In this document: piece by piece, positions 39,547 through 49,768 of the stretch | Layout: the number at the start of each line of letters is the position of its first letter | How positions within the stretch are numbered: position 1 is the first letter of the stretch | Origin: an uncultured Mycoplasma sp. | GTDB lineage: Bacteria > Bacillota_I > Bacilli_A > RF39 > UBA660 | DNA length: 54,410 nt | Assembly: GCA_964430785.1 (NCBI GenBank) | Contig: CAYSFJ010000002.1 | Span: 1-54,410, forward strand | Direction of reading: 5' to 3' | Notes under the pieces: generated by a model | Databases searched by the model: none | Seen by the model: the letters and a program-made list of their open reading frames with translations, nothing else | Told to the model about the DNA's origin: nothing | Position numbers and translations under genes: made by a program

Positions 39547-40363
39547 ATATCTCCTTTAAAAATAATTTATAATTTTCATATCTACTTGGAAGTATTTCTT
39601 CGTTATTTTCAATACTACATCCTTGAGTATTAATATGATTACAATCATTATATTTACATTTATAATTATCAAATTCTACAAAAGCATGATTTAAATCTTC
39701 AAAAGAAATATTTTCTAGTGTAAGACTACTAAAACCTGGTGTATCACTTATAAAGAAGCCCTCTTCTTTATACAAAGAAACCATTCTTGTAGTATGTTTA
39801 CCCCTTCCTAAAACTTTACTTATTTCATTTGTCTCAAGATTTAATTTATCATCTATTTTATTAATAAATGTTGATTTACCAGAACCAGTTTGTCCACATA
39901 AAACCACTACTTTATTTTGAATAATTTTTTTAAATTTAGAAATTTGTGTATTATCTACTACATCATAATATTTTTCATAGTATTTTCTAATTTTTAAATA
40001 TTCACTTTTTTCTTTTTCATTAAGTAAATCAATTTTTGTAAAACATATTAATGGTATAATTTTATTTTTATGAATAATTGTAAGAAGTTTATCAAGCAAA
40101 TTTAAGTCTAATGAAGGGCTTTTTGTACTAGTTACTACCACGGCTACATCAACATTTGCAATCATTGGTCTTAATAAAAAATTTTTTCTTTCTAAAATAT
40201 TTTCTATTTGCAATGTATTTTCATTAAATAAAACATTATCTCCGACTAAGGGAGTAATTTTGTCATTACGAAATTTTCCTCTAGCGGAGCATATATATTT
40301 TTCAGTTTTTGATAATACTTTATATCTATTAGAATTTATATTAATTATTATTCCTTTTAACAT
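39518..40363 (-). CDS. rsgA: Ribosome small-subunit biogenesis GTPase RsgA
   Basis: Circularly permuted GTPase motifs (TKIDL, GQTGSGKST, DTPGF) and a C-terminal Cys/His zinc cluster. Confidence 0.9.
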   Translation of the reverse strand: MLKGIIININSNRYKVLSKTEKYICSARGKFRNDKITPLVGDNVLFNENTLQIENILERKNFLLRPMIANVDVAVVVTSTKSPSLDLNLLDKLLTIIHKNKIIPLICFTKIDLLNEKEKSEYLKIRKYYEKYYDVVDNTQISKFKKIIQNKVVVLCGQTGSGKSTFINKIDDKLNLETNEISKVLGRGKHTTRMVSLYKEEGFFISDTPGFSSLTLENISFEDLNHAFVEFDNYKCKYNDCNHINTQGCSIENNEEILPSRYENYKLFLKEIYENRSKLFK

Positions 40364-42129
40364 AAACCTTCTTCTTTACAAGTTTTATCATCTTCACTAT
40401 TAGCTGAACTAACATCAATTTTTATAGTAAATGAAGCATTTTCAGTTACTTTAGTTCCAGCTGCCCTATTTTGAGATATAATAGTATAATCAGCATATTC
40501 ATTTGCATTTTCACTTGTTATTGAAATAGTCTTACTATCCTTATCAATAAATTTTAATTTTAGTTGATATTCATTTGCAAAATCAATTATATCATTTACA
40601 TTATAAGTTCCATCTGTAAAGTCTGGATATAGATTTTTAATATCTGGAATATATAATGTTATATTATCTCCTTTAGATAGATGTTCACCTTTATTTATTG
40701 ATTGATCCATAATTATATCAGTTTCATAATCTTCATCAGAATCAACTTCCATTTCTTTTTTTTCAATTATAACATTAATTCCATAAGCCTCAAGTTTACC
40801 TTTTACCTCTAGATAATTTTTTCCTGTGTAATCCTCAATTTCTAAAGATTTACTTCCTGTAGAAACATATAATGTTATTTCATAACCTTTCTTATGTTTT
40901 GTTCCACCAGATGGTGAAGTTGATATTACCTTACCTTCATCTATTACCGTTGAGGATTTTTCTATTTGTTCTGATGCAACAGTGAATCCTTCATCTTGTA
41001 ATGTTTCAATTGCCTTAACAACTGTCATATTTGATACATCAGGTACAGTAACTTGTGCCTTTTTAGTTAATTTTGGAAGAAGTACTACTATACTTGTAAT
41101 AAGTACCACTATTCCTGTAAATATTGATAATAAAATAACTATCGATTTATTTTGATTTTTATTAATATCCTTTTGGGTTATACGCTTTGCTATAATCTCA
41201 TCACTTTCCTTCTTTGTAAGATTTTCATTTTTAAGTTTTAACATCTTTCCGTCATCTAAATCAATTTCTGGATATTTTAAACTAACTTTTATTTCATTTT
41301 TTCTTGATTCCTCTAAAGAGGTTAATAAATCATCATGCATTTCTCTGGCATCAGCGTATCTATTTTTTGGATTTTTTGCTGTTGCCCTTAAAATAATATT
41401 TTCAATTGATTGGGGAATATCAGGTATTTCTTTTCTAATGCTAGGCATTGGCTCTTTTAACTGTTTTAAAGCAATTTCTACAGCGGTTTCTCCCCGAAAA
41501 GGAAGTTTTCCTGTAAGAAGTTCATACATAAGTATTCCCAGTGAATATATATCACTTTGTAGTGTTGCTCCCTTACCAGATGCTCCTTCTGGTGGTAAAT
41601 AATGTACAGATCCCATAACTGAATTTGTTTGTGTAAGCTGAGTTGAATTCATTGCAAGAGCAATACCAAAATCAGTAAGTTTAACAAGTCCATTATCAAG
41701 AATCATTATATTTTGTGGTTTTATATCACGATGTATTATGTAACTATCATGTGCAACTGTAAGACCACTAGTTACTTGAATCATAATGTCCACTACTTCA
41801 GGAATAGTAAGTTTACCTCTTTTTTTCAAAAGACTTTTTAAATGTTTACCCTCTACATATTCCATAACAATATAATATTCTCCATTATCTTCACCAACAT
41901 CATAAACTTCGACAATATTTGGATGTGATAAACTTGATGCTTGTAAAGCTTCTCTTTGAAAACGTCTAACAAACTTTTCATCATTTGCAAGATCTCCTCT
42001 TAAAACTTTAACAGCTACATTTCTTTCAAGTATTGTATCATAAGCAAGATAAACATTAGCCATTCCACCTTCGCCTATAGATTTAATTATTTGATAACGG
42101 TCAGATATTTTTTGACCTTTTGCAACCAC
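40357..42129 (-). CDS. prkC: Ser/Thr protein kinase with PASTA repeats (PknB/PrkC)
   Basis: Hanks motifs GEGGMANVY, VAVK, HRDIKPQN and DFG. These are followed by one TM segment and three PASTA-like repeats. Confidence 0.92.
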   Translation of the reverse strand: MVAKGQKISDRYQIIKSIGEGGMANVYLAYDTILERNVAVKVLRGDLANDEKFVRRFQREALQASSLSHPNIVEVYDVGEDNGEYYIVMEYVEGKHLKSLLKKRGKLTIPEVVDIMIQVTSGLTVAHDSYIIHRDIKPQNIMILDNGLVKLTDFGIALAMNSTQLTQTNSVMGSVHYLPPEGASGKGATLQSDIYSLGILMYELLTGKLPFRGETAVEIALKQLKEPMPSIRKEIPDIPQSIENIILRATAKNPKNRYADAREMHDDLLTSLEESRKNEIKVSLKYPEIDLDDGKMLKLKNENLTKKESDEIIAKRITQKDINKNQNKSIVILLSIFTGIVVLITSIVVLLPKLTKKAQVTVPDVSNMTVVKAIETLQDEGFTVASEQIEKSSTVIDEGKVISTSPSGGTKHKKGYEITLYVSTGSKSLEIEDYTGKNYLEVKGKLEAYGINVIIEKKEMEVDSDEDYETDIIMDQSINKGEHLSKGDNITLYIPDIKNLYPDFTDGTYNVNDIIDFANEYQLKLKFIDKDSKTISITSENANEYADYTIISQNRAAGTKVTENASFTIKIDVSSANSEDDKTCKEEGLC

Positions 42130-42872
42130 TAACTATCACCTTCGTCCTTTTCAAGATAGGCAATTGACACATTGTCAAATCCTCCTCTTGCATTACATTT
42201 TTGAATTAATTTAACCACTTTTTCTTCTACATCTAAATTTTCATCAATTAATACTTTTTCAATTTGATCATCAGCAAGCATAGTTGTAAGACCATCAGAA
42301 CAAAGCATTATTCCCTCATTATTCATATCTACGTCAAAAATATCCATTTGTACTTTCTCTGTTGCACCTAAAGCACGCATTAGTACATTCTTCTTTGGAT
42401 GATATTTTGCCTCTTCCTCAGTTAAATTTCCTGCTTCTACAAGAAGATTAACTAATGTATGATCCTTTGTTACCTTATGAAGTTTTTTATTTTTCATAAC
42501 ATATCCTGAAGAATCTCCTATATTACCAAAGATTAAAAAATCTTTAGTTTGAATTGCCACTACTAAAGTTGAACCCATTCCAACTGAATCTGAATGAGCA
42601 ACTGTATAATCTAATATATTTTTATTAATTTCATTTACATTATCATTAAGCCAATTTACCGCATCGTATTTTGTACCTATACATGCTATTTCAGTAAATC
42701 TTTTACCAAGATGAGTTATTGCTATCATCGAAGCAACTTCACCTTTACGATGACCACCCATACCATCAGCCACCATTAATAGATATTCATTACTTTTATT
42801 TTTAAGTATTGTAACACTATCTTCATTATGGCCACGTACTTTACCTGCATCAGTTAAATAAAATGTTTTCAT
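42129..42872 (-). CDS. prpC: PP2C-family Ser/Thr phosphatase (Stp/PrpC)
   Basis: Motifs RGHNEDS, ADGMGGH and CSDGL. Start set at ATG 42872, after AGGTGAT. Confidence 0.9.
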   Translation of the reverse strand: MKTFYLTDAGKVRGHNEDSVTILKNKSNEYLLMVADGMGGHRKGEVASMIAITHLGKRFTEIACIGTKYDAVNWLNDNVNEINKNILDYTVAHSDSVGMGSTLVVAIQTKDFLIFGNIGDSSGYVMKNKKLHKVTKDHTLVNLLVEAGNLTEEEAKYHPKKNVLMRALGATEKVQMDIFDVDMNNEGIMLCSDGLTTMLADDQIEKVLIDENLDVEEKVVKLIQKCNARGGFDNVSIAYLEKDEGDS

Positions 42873-42920
42873 TTCATCACCTATCTTCATAAAAATTATA
42901 CCATTAATTAGTCTTTTTTT

Positions 42921-43931
42921 CTATACTTCTTTACTACGAAGTTGCCCACATGCTGCAGAAATCTTATTTCCAAATTTTCTTCGTACAGTAACATCTACAC
43001 CATTTTTCTTTAATACATCATAAAAGGTATTAATTTTTTTACTCTCTTTAAAATCTATATTCTTAGTTTCATTATAATTTATTAAATTAACATATGCATT
43101 TTTCCCTTTAATTAATTTTGCAAGTTCTTCGGCATTTTCTACTGAATCATTAATTCCAGATAAAAGCACATATTCAAATGTTATTCTTCGATTAGTATTT
43201 TCGTAATAATAATCTAGAGCATCCATAAGTTCATTTAAACTATATGCTTTACTTATTGGCATAATTTCATTTCTTATTTTATCATTTGGAGCATGAAGTG
43301 ATACAGCCAAATTTACTTGTAAATCTAACATGGCAAACTGTTTTATTTTAGGAACTATACCACATGTTGAAACGGTAATATGCCTTGCACCAATATTAAG
43401 TGCCTTTTGATCATTTATTATTTTTATAAAATTTATTACATTATCATAATTATCAAATGGTTCACCAATTCCCATTATTACACAACTATCTATTTTTTTA
43501 TTTATATAATTTGATATTAGTATAATTTGCTCTACCATCTCATAAGTTTCTAAATTACGTACTTTTTTAAGTCTTCCACTTTCACAAAATTTGCACCCCA
43601 TATTACAACCGACTTGGGAAGAAACACATACACTTAATCCATAATTATGCATCATTAAAACGGCCTCAATTTTTTGACCATCACTAAGAGCAAATAAAAA
43701 CTTTTTTACATCAGTATCCTCTTCTACATTAATTATTTTAATAAAATCAGTAGTAAAATTATTTTTTAAGTATTCTATATTTTCTTTCTTTATATTTGTA
43801 AATTCATCAAAACTATAAACTTTTTTATCATATAACCAATCAAAAATTTGCAATGCCATAAATTTTTTCTTACCATCACATTCTAGTTTTTCTATTAAAT
43901 CATTTTTTGTAAAATTAAATATATTTTTCAT
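42921..43931 (-). CDS. rlmN: 23S rRNA/tRNA (adenine-C2)-methyltransferase RlmN (radical SAM)
   Basis: CNMGCKFC cluster and C-terminal CGQL. Confidence 0.9.
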   Translation of the reverse strand: MKNIFNFTKNDLIEKLECDGKKKFMALQIFDWLYDKKVYSFDEFTNIKKENIEYLKNNFTTDFIKIINVEEDTDVKKFLFALSDGQKIEAVLMMHNYGLSVCVSSQVGCNMGCKFCESGRLKKVRNLETYEMVEQIILISNYINKKIDSCVIMGIGEPFDNYDNVINFIKIINDQKALNIGARHITVSTCGIVPKIKQFAMLDLQVNLAVSLHAPNDKIRNEIMPISKAYSLNELMDALDYYYENTNRRITFEYVLLSGINDSVENAEELAKLIKGKNAYVNLINYNETKNIDFKESKKINTFYDVLKKNGVDVTVRRKFGNKISAACGQLRSKEV

Positions 43932-44007
43932 ACAAGAAAATTGTACTAAATTTTTATAATAATGTCTATTATTTTGATTTAAATTAAATAATTTATGTTA
44001 AAATAAA

Positions 44008-44031
44008 ATAGTTGAAAATACTTCCAACTAT
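44008..44031 (-). terminator. Terminator at the truB stop codon
   Basis: Stem ATAGTTG/CAACTAT, then TTTATTTT on the minus strand. The stem includes the stop codon. Confidence 0.55.
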
Positions 44032-44873
44032 ATAAGCATTATATCACATACATAATAATCACTAGTTTTTTTATAAATAGCAACTTCCATATTATTATAA
44101 TATAGTAATAATTTATCTTGATTACTATTAATATTTATATAAGAACCATTTTTTACTTTATTATACTCATTTTCATTTAAGTTATATATTTCATAATTAA
44201 ATAATTCTTTTATTGAAAGAGTTTTATAATTACCATTTTTAATTTCATTTATAGAATATGAATTAGAAATATCAAATTTTCCCTGTTTGGTTCTTATTAA
44301 ATCAGACATAGTTCCAATAACATTTAGTTTATCACATATAGTTTGAATTAAACTACGTATATATGTACCTTTAGAACAATTACATTTAAACACTATTTTA
44401 TTATTTTCATAAGATAGTAACTCTAGGTTATAAATATCAACAATATTTACAGGAAGTTTAACATCTTCACCATTTCTTGCATATTCATATAATTTTTTAC
44501 CATTTATTTTTTTTGCACTATATATTGGTACTTCTTGAGTGAACTTACCAATTAATGAAGATAGTACTTTTATTATATCATTTTTACAAACATTAACTTC
44601 TTTTTGTTGTAAAACTTTACCTGTAATATCTAATGTATCTGTTTTAATTCCTAAAGTAATTGTTGCAATATATTGTTTATCTAAACTCATTAAACTATTT
44701 ACAAGTTTTGTATATTTATCTATACATACAACAAGTACTCCTTGTGCTATTGGATCTAAAGTACCAGTATGTCCAATTCTTTTAGTATTAAATACTTTTG
44801 TCAAAATATTTACTACATCCCTACTTGTTTTACCTTTTTCTTTGTTTACTAAAATTACTGCATTCATAGTCAT
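44028..44873 (-). CDS. truB: tRNA pseudouridine-55 synthase TruB
   Basis: GHTGTLDP with the catalytic Asp. PUA-less short form of 281 aa. Confidence 0.9.
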   Translation of the reverse strand: MTMNAVILVNKEKGKTSRDVVNILTKVFNTKRIGHTGTLDPIAQGVLVVCIDKYTKLVNSLMSLDKQYIATITLGIKTDTLDITGKVLQQKEVNVCKNDIIKVLSSLIGKFTQEVPIYSAKKINGKKLYEYARNGEDVKLPVNIVDIYNLELLSYENNKIVFKCNCSKGTYIRSLIQTICDKLNVIGTMSDLIRTKQGKFDISNSYSINEIKNGNYKTLSIKELFNYEIYNLNENEYNKVKNGSYININSNQDKLLLYYNNMEVAIYKKTSDYYVCDIMLI

Positions 44874-45426
44874 CCATATAAATTACACCTTTCATTCTCT
44901 TATCTTTTGGTACATAAATAAATTTTTTAAAACTTCTAGCATCAGGAATATAATCATTTTTTAGCAAAACTTTATATAGTAATTCATCATTAAAATATGG
45001 ATTTATATAAACTATTGATGGAAAAACAGATTCTGAATAACTTTCAACTTCATTAATTAAATGTTCATATAAAAACTGTTTGAAAAAATCACATTCATTA
45101 TCATAATTAGCAATCACTATATTATCTATTACAATTCCATATTCTCTATGAAATAATAAATAAGCCAATAGAAATTTATCAAGTGATAAAGAAATTATTT
45201 TTTCATCTTCCCTATCTAAATTATCTTTTATTAAACACGAAAAATGATAATTAGAGTCATATTTTTGTATCACAAAATTATTCTTATCTAATAAAAATTT
45301 CTTACAAATTAATTTTAAAATATTTTCTCCATTAAAATGTTTTGCATAATCATAAGCATTATTTAAAAGTGTACCTTCAAACTTTTTATCTATATTACCA
45401 ATATATACTTTCATACCAACACTCAA
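44830..45426 (-). CDS. Hypothetical protein inserted between rbfA and truB
   Basis: 198-aa ORF with no motif I recognise. TTG at 45426 or ATG at 45414 is the start. The 3' end overlaps the truB start by about 40 nt. Confidence 0.4.
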   Translation of the reverse strand: MSVGMKVYIGNIDKKFEGTLLNNAYDYAKHFNGENILKLICKKFLLDKNNFVIQKYDSNYHFSCLIKDNLDREDEKIISLSLDKFLLAYLLFHREYGIVIDNIVIANYDNECDFFKQFLYEHLINEVESYSESVFPSIVYINPYFNDELLYKVLLKNDYIPDARSFKKFIYVPKDKRMKGVIYMDDYECSNFSKQRKR

Positions 45427-45431
45427 CGTTT

Positions 45432-45776
45432 TCAGTCGTTTTGATGTATTTTTTTTATTATTTCATCAATTTTATTACCATATTCAATTGATTCATCATA
45501 TACAAATTTTAAAAATGGTATATTTCTAGCATCAATTAAATCAGCAAGTTTTCCCCTTATAAAAGTACTTGCTTCATTAACTTCTTTTTCTATTTCTTTT
45601 TTTGAAAGTGAAGAAAGTGATGTAAAATAAACTTTACAATAACTATAATCTTTTGCAAGTTGACAAGATGTTATTGTAATACTTTTAAGTAATTCATCAT
45701 GACATTCTCTTTGAATAATCATTGGAATATACTTTTCAATATCACTTTCAATTCTTTTTACATTTAAACTAGGCAT
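45432..45776 (-). CDS. rbfA: Ribosome-binding factor A
   Basis: 114 aa. RbfA-type N-terminus (KRIESDIEKYI ... ITITSCQLAKDYSYCKVYF). Confidence 0.85.
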   Translation of the reverse strand: MPSLNVKRIESDIEKYIPMIIQRECHDELLKSITITSCQLAKDYSYCKVYFTSLSSLSKKEIEKEVNEASTFIRGKLADLIDARNIPFLKFVYDESIEYGNKIDEIIKKIHQND

Positions 45777-47871
45777 TTTTAATCAGCTCCATTATATATA
45801 CTTCAAAAATATCTTCCTCTTTGAAATCATCAAATTTTTCTAATGTAATACCACATTCAAAACCTTTTTTAACTTCTTTTGCCTGATCTTTACCTCTTTG
45901 AATAGATAAAATATTTGTATCAGCAATAATTTTTCCATCACGAATGACTCTTACTTTAGCATTATTTTTAATTATTCCTTCAGTTACGTATACACCAGCA
46001 ATATTACCAACTTTAGAAAATTTAAATATTTGTCTTATAACAGCACTACCAATTACTTTTTCTTCATATTCTGGATCAAGCATACCATTAAGTGCTGCTT
46101 CAACATCTTCGACAAGTTTATAAATAATTGTATAACATCTTATTTCAATTCCATATTCTTTTGCCATTGCTTTAGCATCAGATGAAGATACAACGTTAAA
46201 CCCTATTACAATAGCCTTTGAGGCACTAGCAAGTACTATATCACTTTCAGATATTGGTCCAATACCACTGCGAATAACCTTTACGCTTACATCTTTAACT
46301 TTAATTTTTTCAAGTGCACTTTTAACAGCTTCTTCAGAACCTCTTACATCAGCCTTTAATACAACCGCAACTTCTTTTTGTCCTGCATTAACGCTTTCAA
46401 ATAACTCATCAAGTGATAAGCTTTTTCTTATATTACTATTTTCTTTTTCAAGATTTTTTCTTTTTTCCGCAACTGACTTAGCTTCTTCAAGGGTTTCAAA
46501 TGCCATAAATTTATCACCAGCTTTTGGAGTATCATTAAGTCCAGTTATTTCAACTGGTGTAGATGGACCAGCCTCAACTATGGATTGTCCCTTATCATTT
46601 TTCATTGTACGTACTTTTCCATACGTTGTTCCTACAACTACAGGATCACCAAGTCTAAGTGTTCCATTAAGAATAAGAAATGATGAAAGTCCACCAACAT
46701 TTTTATCAAGTTTTTCCTCAATAACTGCACCTAAGGCATATCTATTTGGATTAGCTTTAAGTTCTTTTATCTGTGCAATTGCAAGTATAGTTTCAAGAAG
46801 ATTATCAATGCCCTCTCCTGTTTTTGCAGAAAGATTAATAAATGGATATTCTCCTCCCCAACTTTCTGGAACTATCCCATTTTCACTCATTTCTGTATAA
46901 ACTCTTTCAATATTAATATTTGGTTTATCAATTTTATTAACAGCAACGATAATTGGAACACCAGCACTTTTAGCATGATCAATTGCCTCTTTTGTCTGTG
47001 GCATAACACCATCATCGGCAGCAACAATAATAACCACTATATCAGTTACGCTAGCACCTCTTGCACGCATTTGTGTAAAAGCAGCATGACCTGGTGTATC
47101 TATAAATGTAATTTTATGACCATCTTTTTCTGTTTGATATGCACCAATTGCTTGAGTAATACCACCAGCTTCACCCTCCGCTACTCTAGTTGATCTAATA
47201 TAATCAAGAAGTGTTGTTTTGCCATGATCTACATGACCCATAATTGTAACAATTGCAGGTCTTTCTTTTAAATCTTTTTCATCATCAATAACTTCATAAT
47301 GATCAAAATCTGCAATATCTTGACTTTCTTTCTTCTTTAAAGTTTTATTGTAATCTAAAGCTACTATTTGAGCATTTTCAAAATCTATAACTTCATTCAT
47401 AGATAGCATTAATCCTAAACTCATAAGTTTTTTTATAATATCATTTAAGGAAACTCCAAGTGCTTCAGCAAAACCCTTAACACTCATATTTTCTTCGTAT
47501 AAAACAATATTATCCTCTTTTACATTACTCATTAATTTGCTTTTGTTTTTATACATTTGTTTTTTCAAGTTTTTGAAATCAGCATTACTACTATCTTTCT
47601 TTTTAAGTTTTTGTTTGCTATTAGCTACCATATCTTTTTTTACAATATTTTCACTTTGTAATACTTTTTCAACTACATCATCAATTTGGTCTTCTTCTTC
47701 ATATGTTGTTTCTTTATCAGTACTAATTAAATTAATAGTATTATCAATCATAATAATATCATCATCAGATAAAATGCTGTTACCATCAGCTTTAATCCCA
47801 AGTTCACTACATTTTCTTAAAACCTCTGCTACTGATAAATTTACATCTTTTGCATAATCTTTAATATTCAT
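45769..47871 (-). CDS. infB: Translation initiation factor IF-2
   Basis: G domain motifs GHVDHGKTTLLD, DTPGH and NKID. 700 aa. Confidence 0.95.
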   Translation of the reverse strand: MNIKDYAKDVNLSVAEVLRKCSELGIKADGNSILSDDDIIMIDNTINLISTDKETTYEEEDQIDDVVEKVLQSENIVKKDMVANSKQKLKKKDSSNADFKNLKKQMYKNKSKLMSNVKEDNIVLYEENMSVKGFAEALGVSLNDIIKKLMSLGLMLSMNEVIDFENAQIVALDYNKTLKKKESQDIADFDHYEVIDDEKDLKERPAIVTIMGHVDHGKTTLLDYIRSTRVAEGEAGGITQAIGAYQTEKDGHKITFIDTPGHAAFTQMRARGASVTDIVVIIVAADDGVMPQTKEAIDHAKSAGVPIIVAVNKIDKPNINIERVYTEMSENGIVPESWGGEYPFINLSAKTGEGIDNLLETILAIAQIKELKANPNRYALGAVIEEKLDKNVGGLSSFLILNGTLRLGDPVVVGTTYGKVRTMKNDKGQSIVEAGPSTPVEITGLNDTPKAGDKFMAFETLEEAKSVAEKRKNLEKENSNIRKSLSLDELFESVNAGQKEVAVVLKADVRGSEEAVKSALEKIKVKDVSVKVIRSGIGPISESDIVLASASKAIVIGFNVVSSSDAKAMAKEYGIEIRCYTIIYKLVEDVEAALNGMLDPEYEEKVIGSAVIRQIFKFSKVGNIAGVYVTEGIIKNNAKVRVIRDGKIIADTNILSIQRGKDQAKEVKKGFECGITLEKFDDFKEEDIFEVYIMELIKNA

Positions 47872-47897
47872 AAAACCATCCTTTCTTAATTTTTATT

Positions 47898-48410
47898 TTA
47901 TCTACTTTTTCCTTTTTCTATATAACCAAAATCATATAAAAGTGTTTCTAAATCCCTACCTTCATACTCAACAACCTGTATATTGGAATTATCCGCAATT
48001 GATTTTGATAGATTTGCATCATAATCACTATTATAAACTACCTTTTTTATTCCACTATTAATAATAGAATTCATACAATCCTTACAAGGAAAAGTATTTA
48101 CATAAATTGTTGCTCCTACTGTAGATATTCCATGTCTTGCAGCAAAAGCAATTGCATTTTGTTCAGCATGGGAAGCAGGACATAGTTCTAAATACTTACC
48201 AGATGCATAATCAGGCATATTTCTTCTTCTACATCCTCCTAAATCTTCACAATGCTTTACACCTCTTGCAGGGCCATTAAATCCAAAACTAATTGGATTA
48301 TCATCTTTAACTATAATAGCACCAACTTTTCTTGATAAACAAGTACTTCTTAAAGATGCAAGCTGTGCAATAGCCATATAATATTCTTCTTTAGTGGGTC
48401 TCATTAACAA
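47898..48410 (-). CDS. comEB: dCMP deaminase (ComEB-type zinc deaminase)
   Basis: Motifs SHAEQNA and PCKDC, with the ComEB-type insert (CRRRNMPDYASGKYLELC). The start overlaps the ylxR end. Confidence 0.85.
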   Translation of the reverse strand: MLMRPTKEEYYMAIAQLASLRSTCLSRKVGAIIVKDDNPISFGFNGPARGVKHCEDLGGCRRRNMPDYASGKYLELCPASHAEQNAIAFAARHGISTVGATIYVNTFPCKDCMNSIINSGIKKVVYNSDYDANLSKSIADNSNIQVVEYEGRDLETLLYDFGYIEKGKSR

Positions 48411-48654
48411 TCCTTTCTAAATTATCATAAACATCATCACTAATACCTACTCCTAAAGCTTTCTCTAATATTTTAGTCTTTTTTGCTTTATTTATTACTT
48501 CAATAGATTTTTTTAAGTAAGCACCCTTACCATTAAGTTTTCCTGTTTCATCATATTGTATTTCTCCTGAAGGTGTTCTTACAATTCTTAATAAATCTTT
48601 TTTTTCACATTTTTCATGTGATACAACACAAGTTCTTAAAGGAACTTTTTTCAT
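48391..48654 (-). CDS. ylxR: YlxR/DUF448 RNA-binding protein
   Basis: Motifs PLRTCV ... KKDLLRIV ... GKGAYL. Confidence 0.85.
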   Translation of the reverse strand: MKKVPLRTCVVSHEKCEKKDLLRIVRTPSGEIQYDETGKLNGKGAYLKKSIEVINKAKKTKILEKALGVGISDDVYDNLERIVNETH

Positions 48655-49766
48655 TACCTATTACCTTCCTCTGTAATTTCTTTCATTGTTTTAATTTCTA
48701 AATAGTATTTAGTAAGTTTTGAAGCAAGTCTAATATTACTTCCTTTTTTGCCAATTGCTTTACTAAATTCTTCATCAGGTACTACTACTAAAGCCTTTTT
48801 TTCTTTTTCATCTAAAATATTAACAATAGCATCTTTTGCTGGAACAATAGCATTTTTAATAAATATAGTTGGATCAGAATCATATAAAACCAAATCTATT
48901 TTTTCATTACCAAGTTCTTTTAAAATTCCTGCTATTCTACAACCCTTTTCACCAATACAAGAACCAATTGCGTCAACTTTTGGATTATTAGATATAAGAG
49001 CAACTTTACATCTTATACCTGGTTCTCTTACAACTTGATATATATCAATTGTTCCATTAATAATTTCTGGAATTTCTTGCTCAAATAATCTTTTGATAAA
49101 ACCATAATGTTTTCTAGAAAGCATAATAACTGGGCCCTTAGCACCTAAAGTAACTTTTGTTAAATATACTTTTATATTTGAACCCATAACAATTTTTTCA
49201 TCAGGTATAATTTCACTTTTAGGAAGCATACCACGAGTTCTACCTAAATCAATGTAATAATTTTTTTGGTCTTCCATTGCTACCATACCAATCATTACTT
49301 CACCAGCTTTGTCACTAAATTCATTAATAACACTTTCTTTTTCAGCTTCTCGAATTTTTTGAGTTAATACTTGTTTAGCGGTTCCTGCGGCTACCCTTCC
49401 AAAGTCTTTTGGAGTAACTTCTTTTTCAATTGTATCTCCAACCTTGGCATTAGGATCTATTTTTACAGCATCCTCTAAAAGAATTTGAGCATCAATATTA
49501 ATTTCTGGTGGAGTTGTTATAATATTACCTTCTTCATCTTCAGTTTCTACTCCATAATCAATTTCTGGTACCACTACTAAATAAGAATATACCTTTATAT
49601 CTCCACTTTCTCTATCAATTCTTACAATTACATTAGTTTTAGAATTAAAATTCTTTTTATATGCAGTTGCAAGAGCAAGTGTTAATCCCTCAAAAATAAC
49701 ATCCTCACTTATACCTTTTTCTTTTGCTACTGATTTAACAGCTTTAATTAATTCGTTTGCATTCAT
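48654..49766 (-). CDS. nusA: Transcription termination/antitermination factor NusA
   Basis: N-terminal domain, S1 domain, and two KH domains (IGEKGCRI, IGKKGSNIR). Confidence 0.95.
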   Translation of the reverse strand: MNANELIKAVKSVAKEKGISEDVIFEGLTLALATAYKKNFNSKTNVIVRIDRESGDIKVYSYLVVVPEIDYGVETEDEEGNIITTPPEINIDAQILLEDAVKIDPNAKVGDTIEKEVTPKDFGRVAAGTAKQVLTQKIREAEKESVINEFSDKAGEVMIGMVAMEDQKNYYIDLGRTRGMLPKSEIIPDEKIVMGSNIKVYLTKVTLGAKGPVIMLSRKHYGFIKRLFEQEIPEIINGTIDIYQVVREPGIRCKVALISNNPKVDAIGSCIGEKGCRIAGILKELGNEKIDLVLYDSDPTIFIKNAIVPAKDAIVNILDEKEKKALVVVPDEEFSKAIGKKGSNIRLASKLTKYYLEIKTMKEITEEGNR

Positions 49767-49768
49767 CT

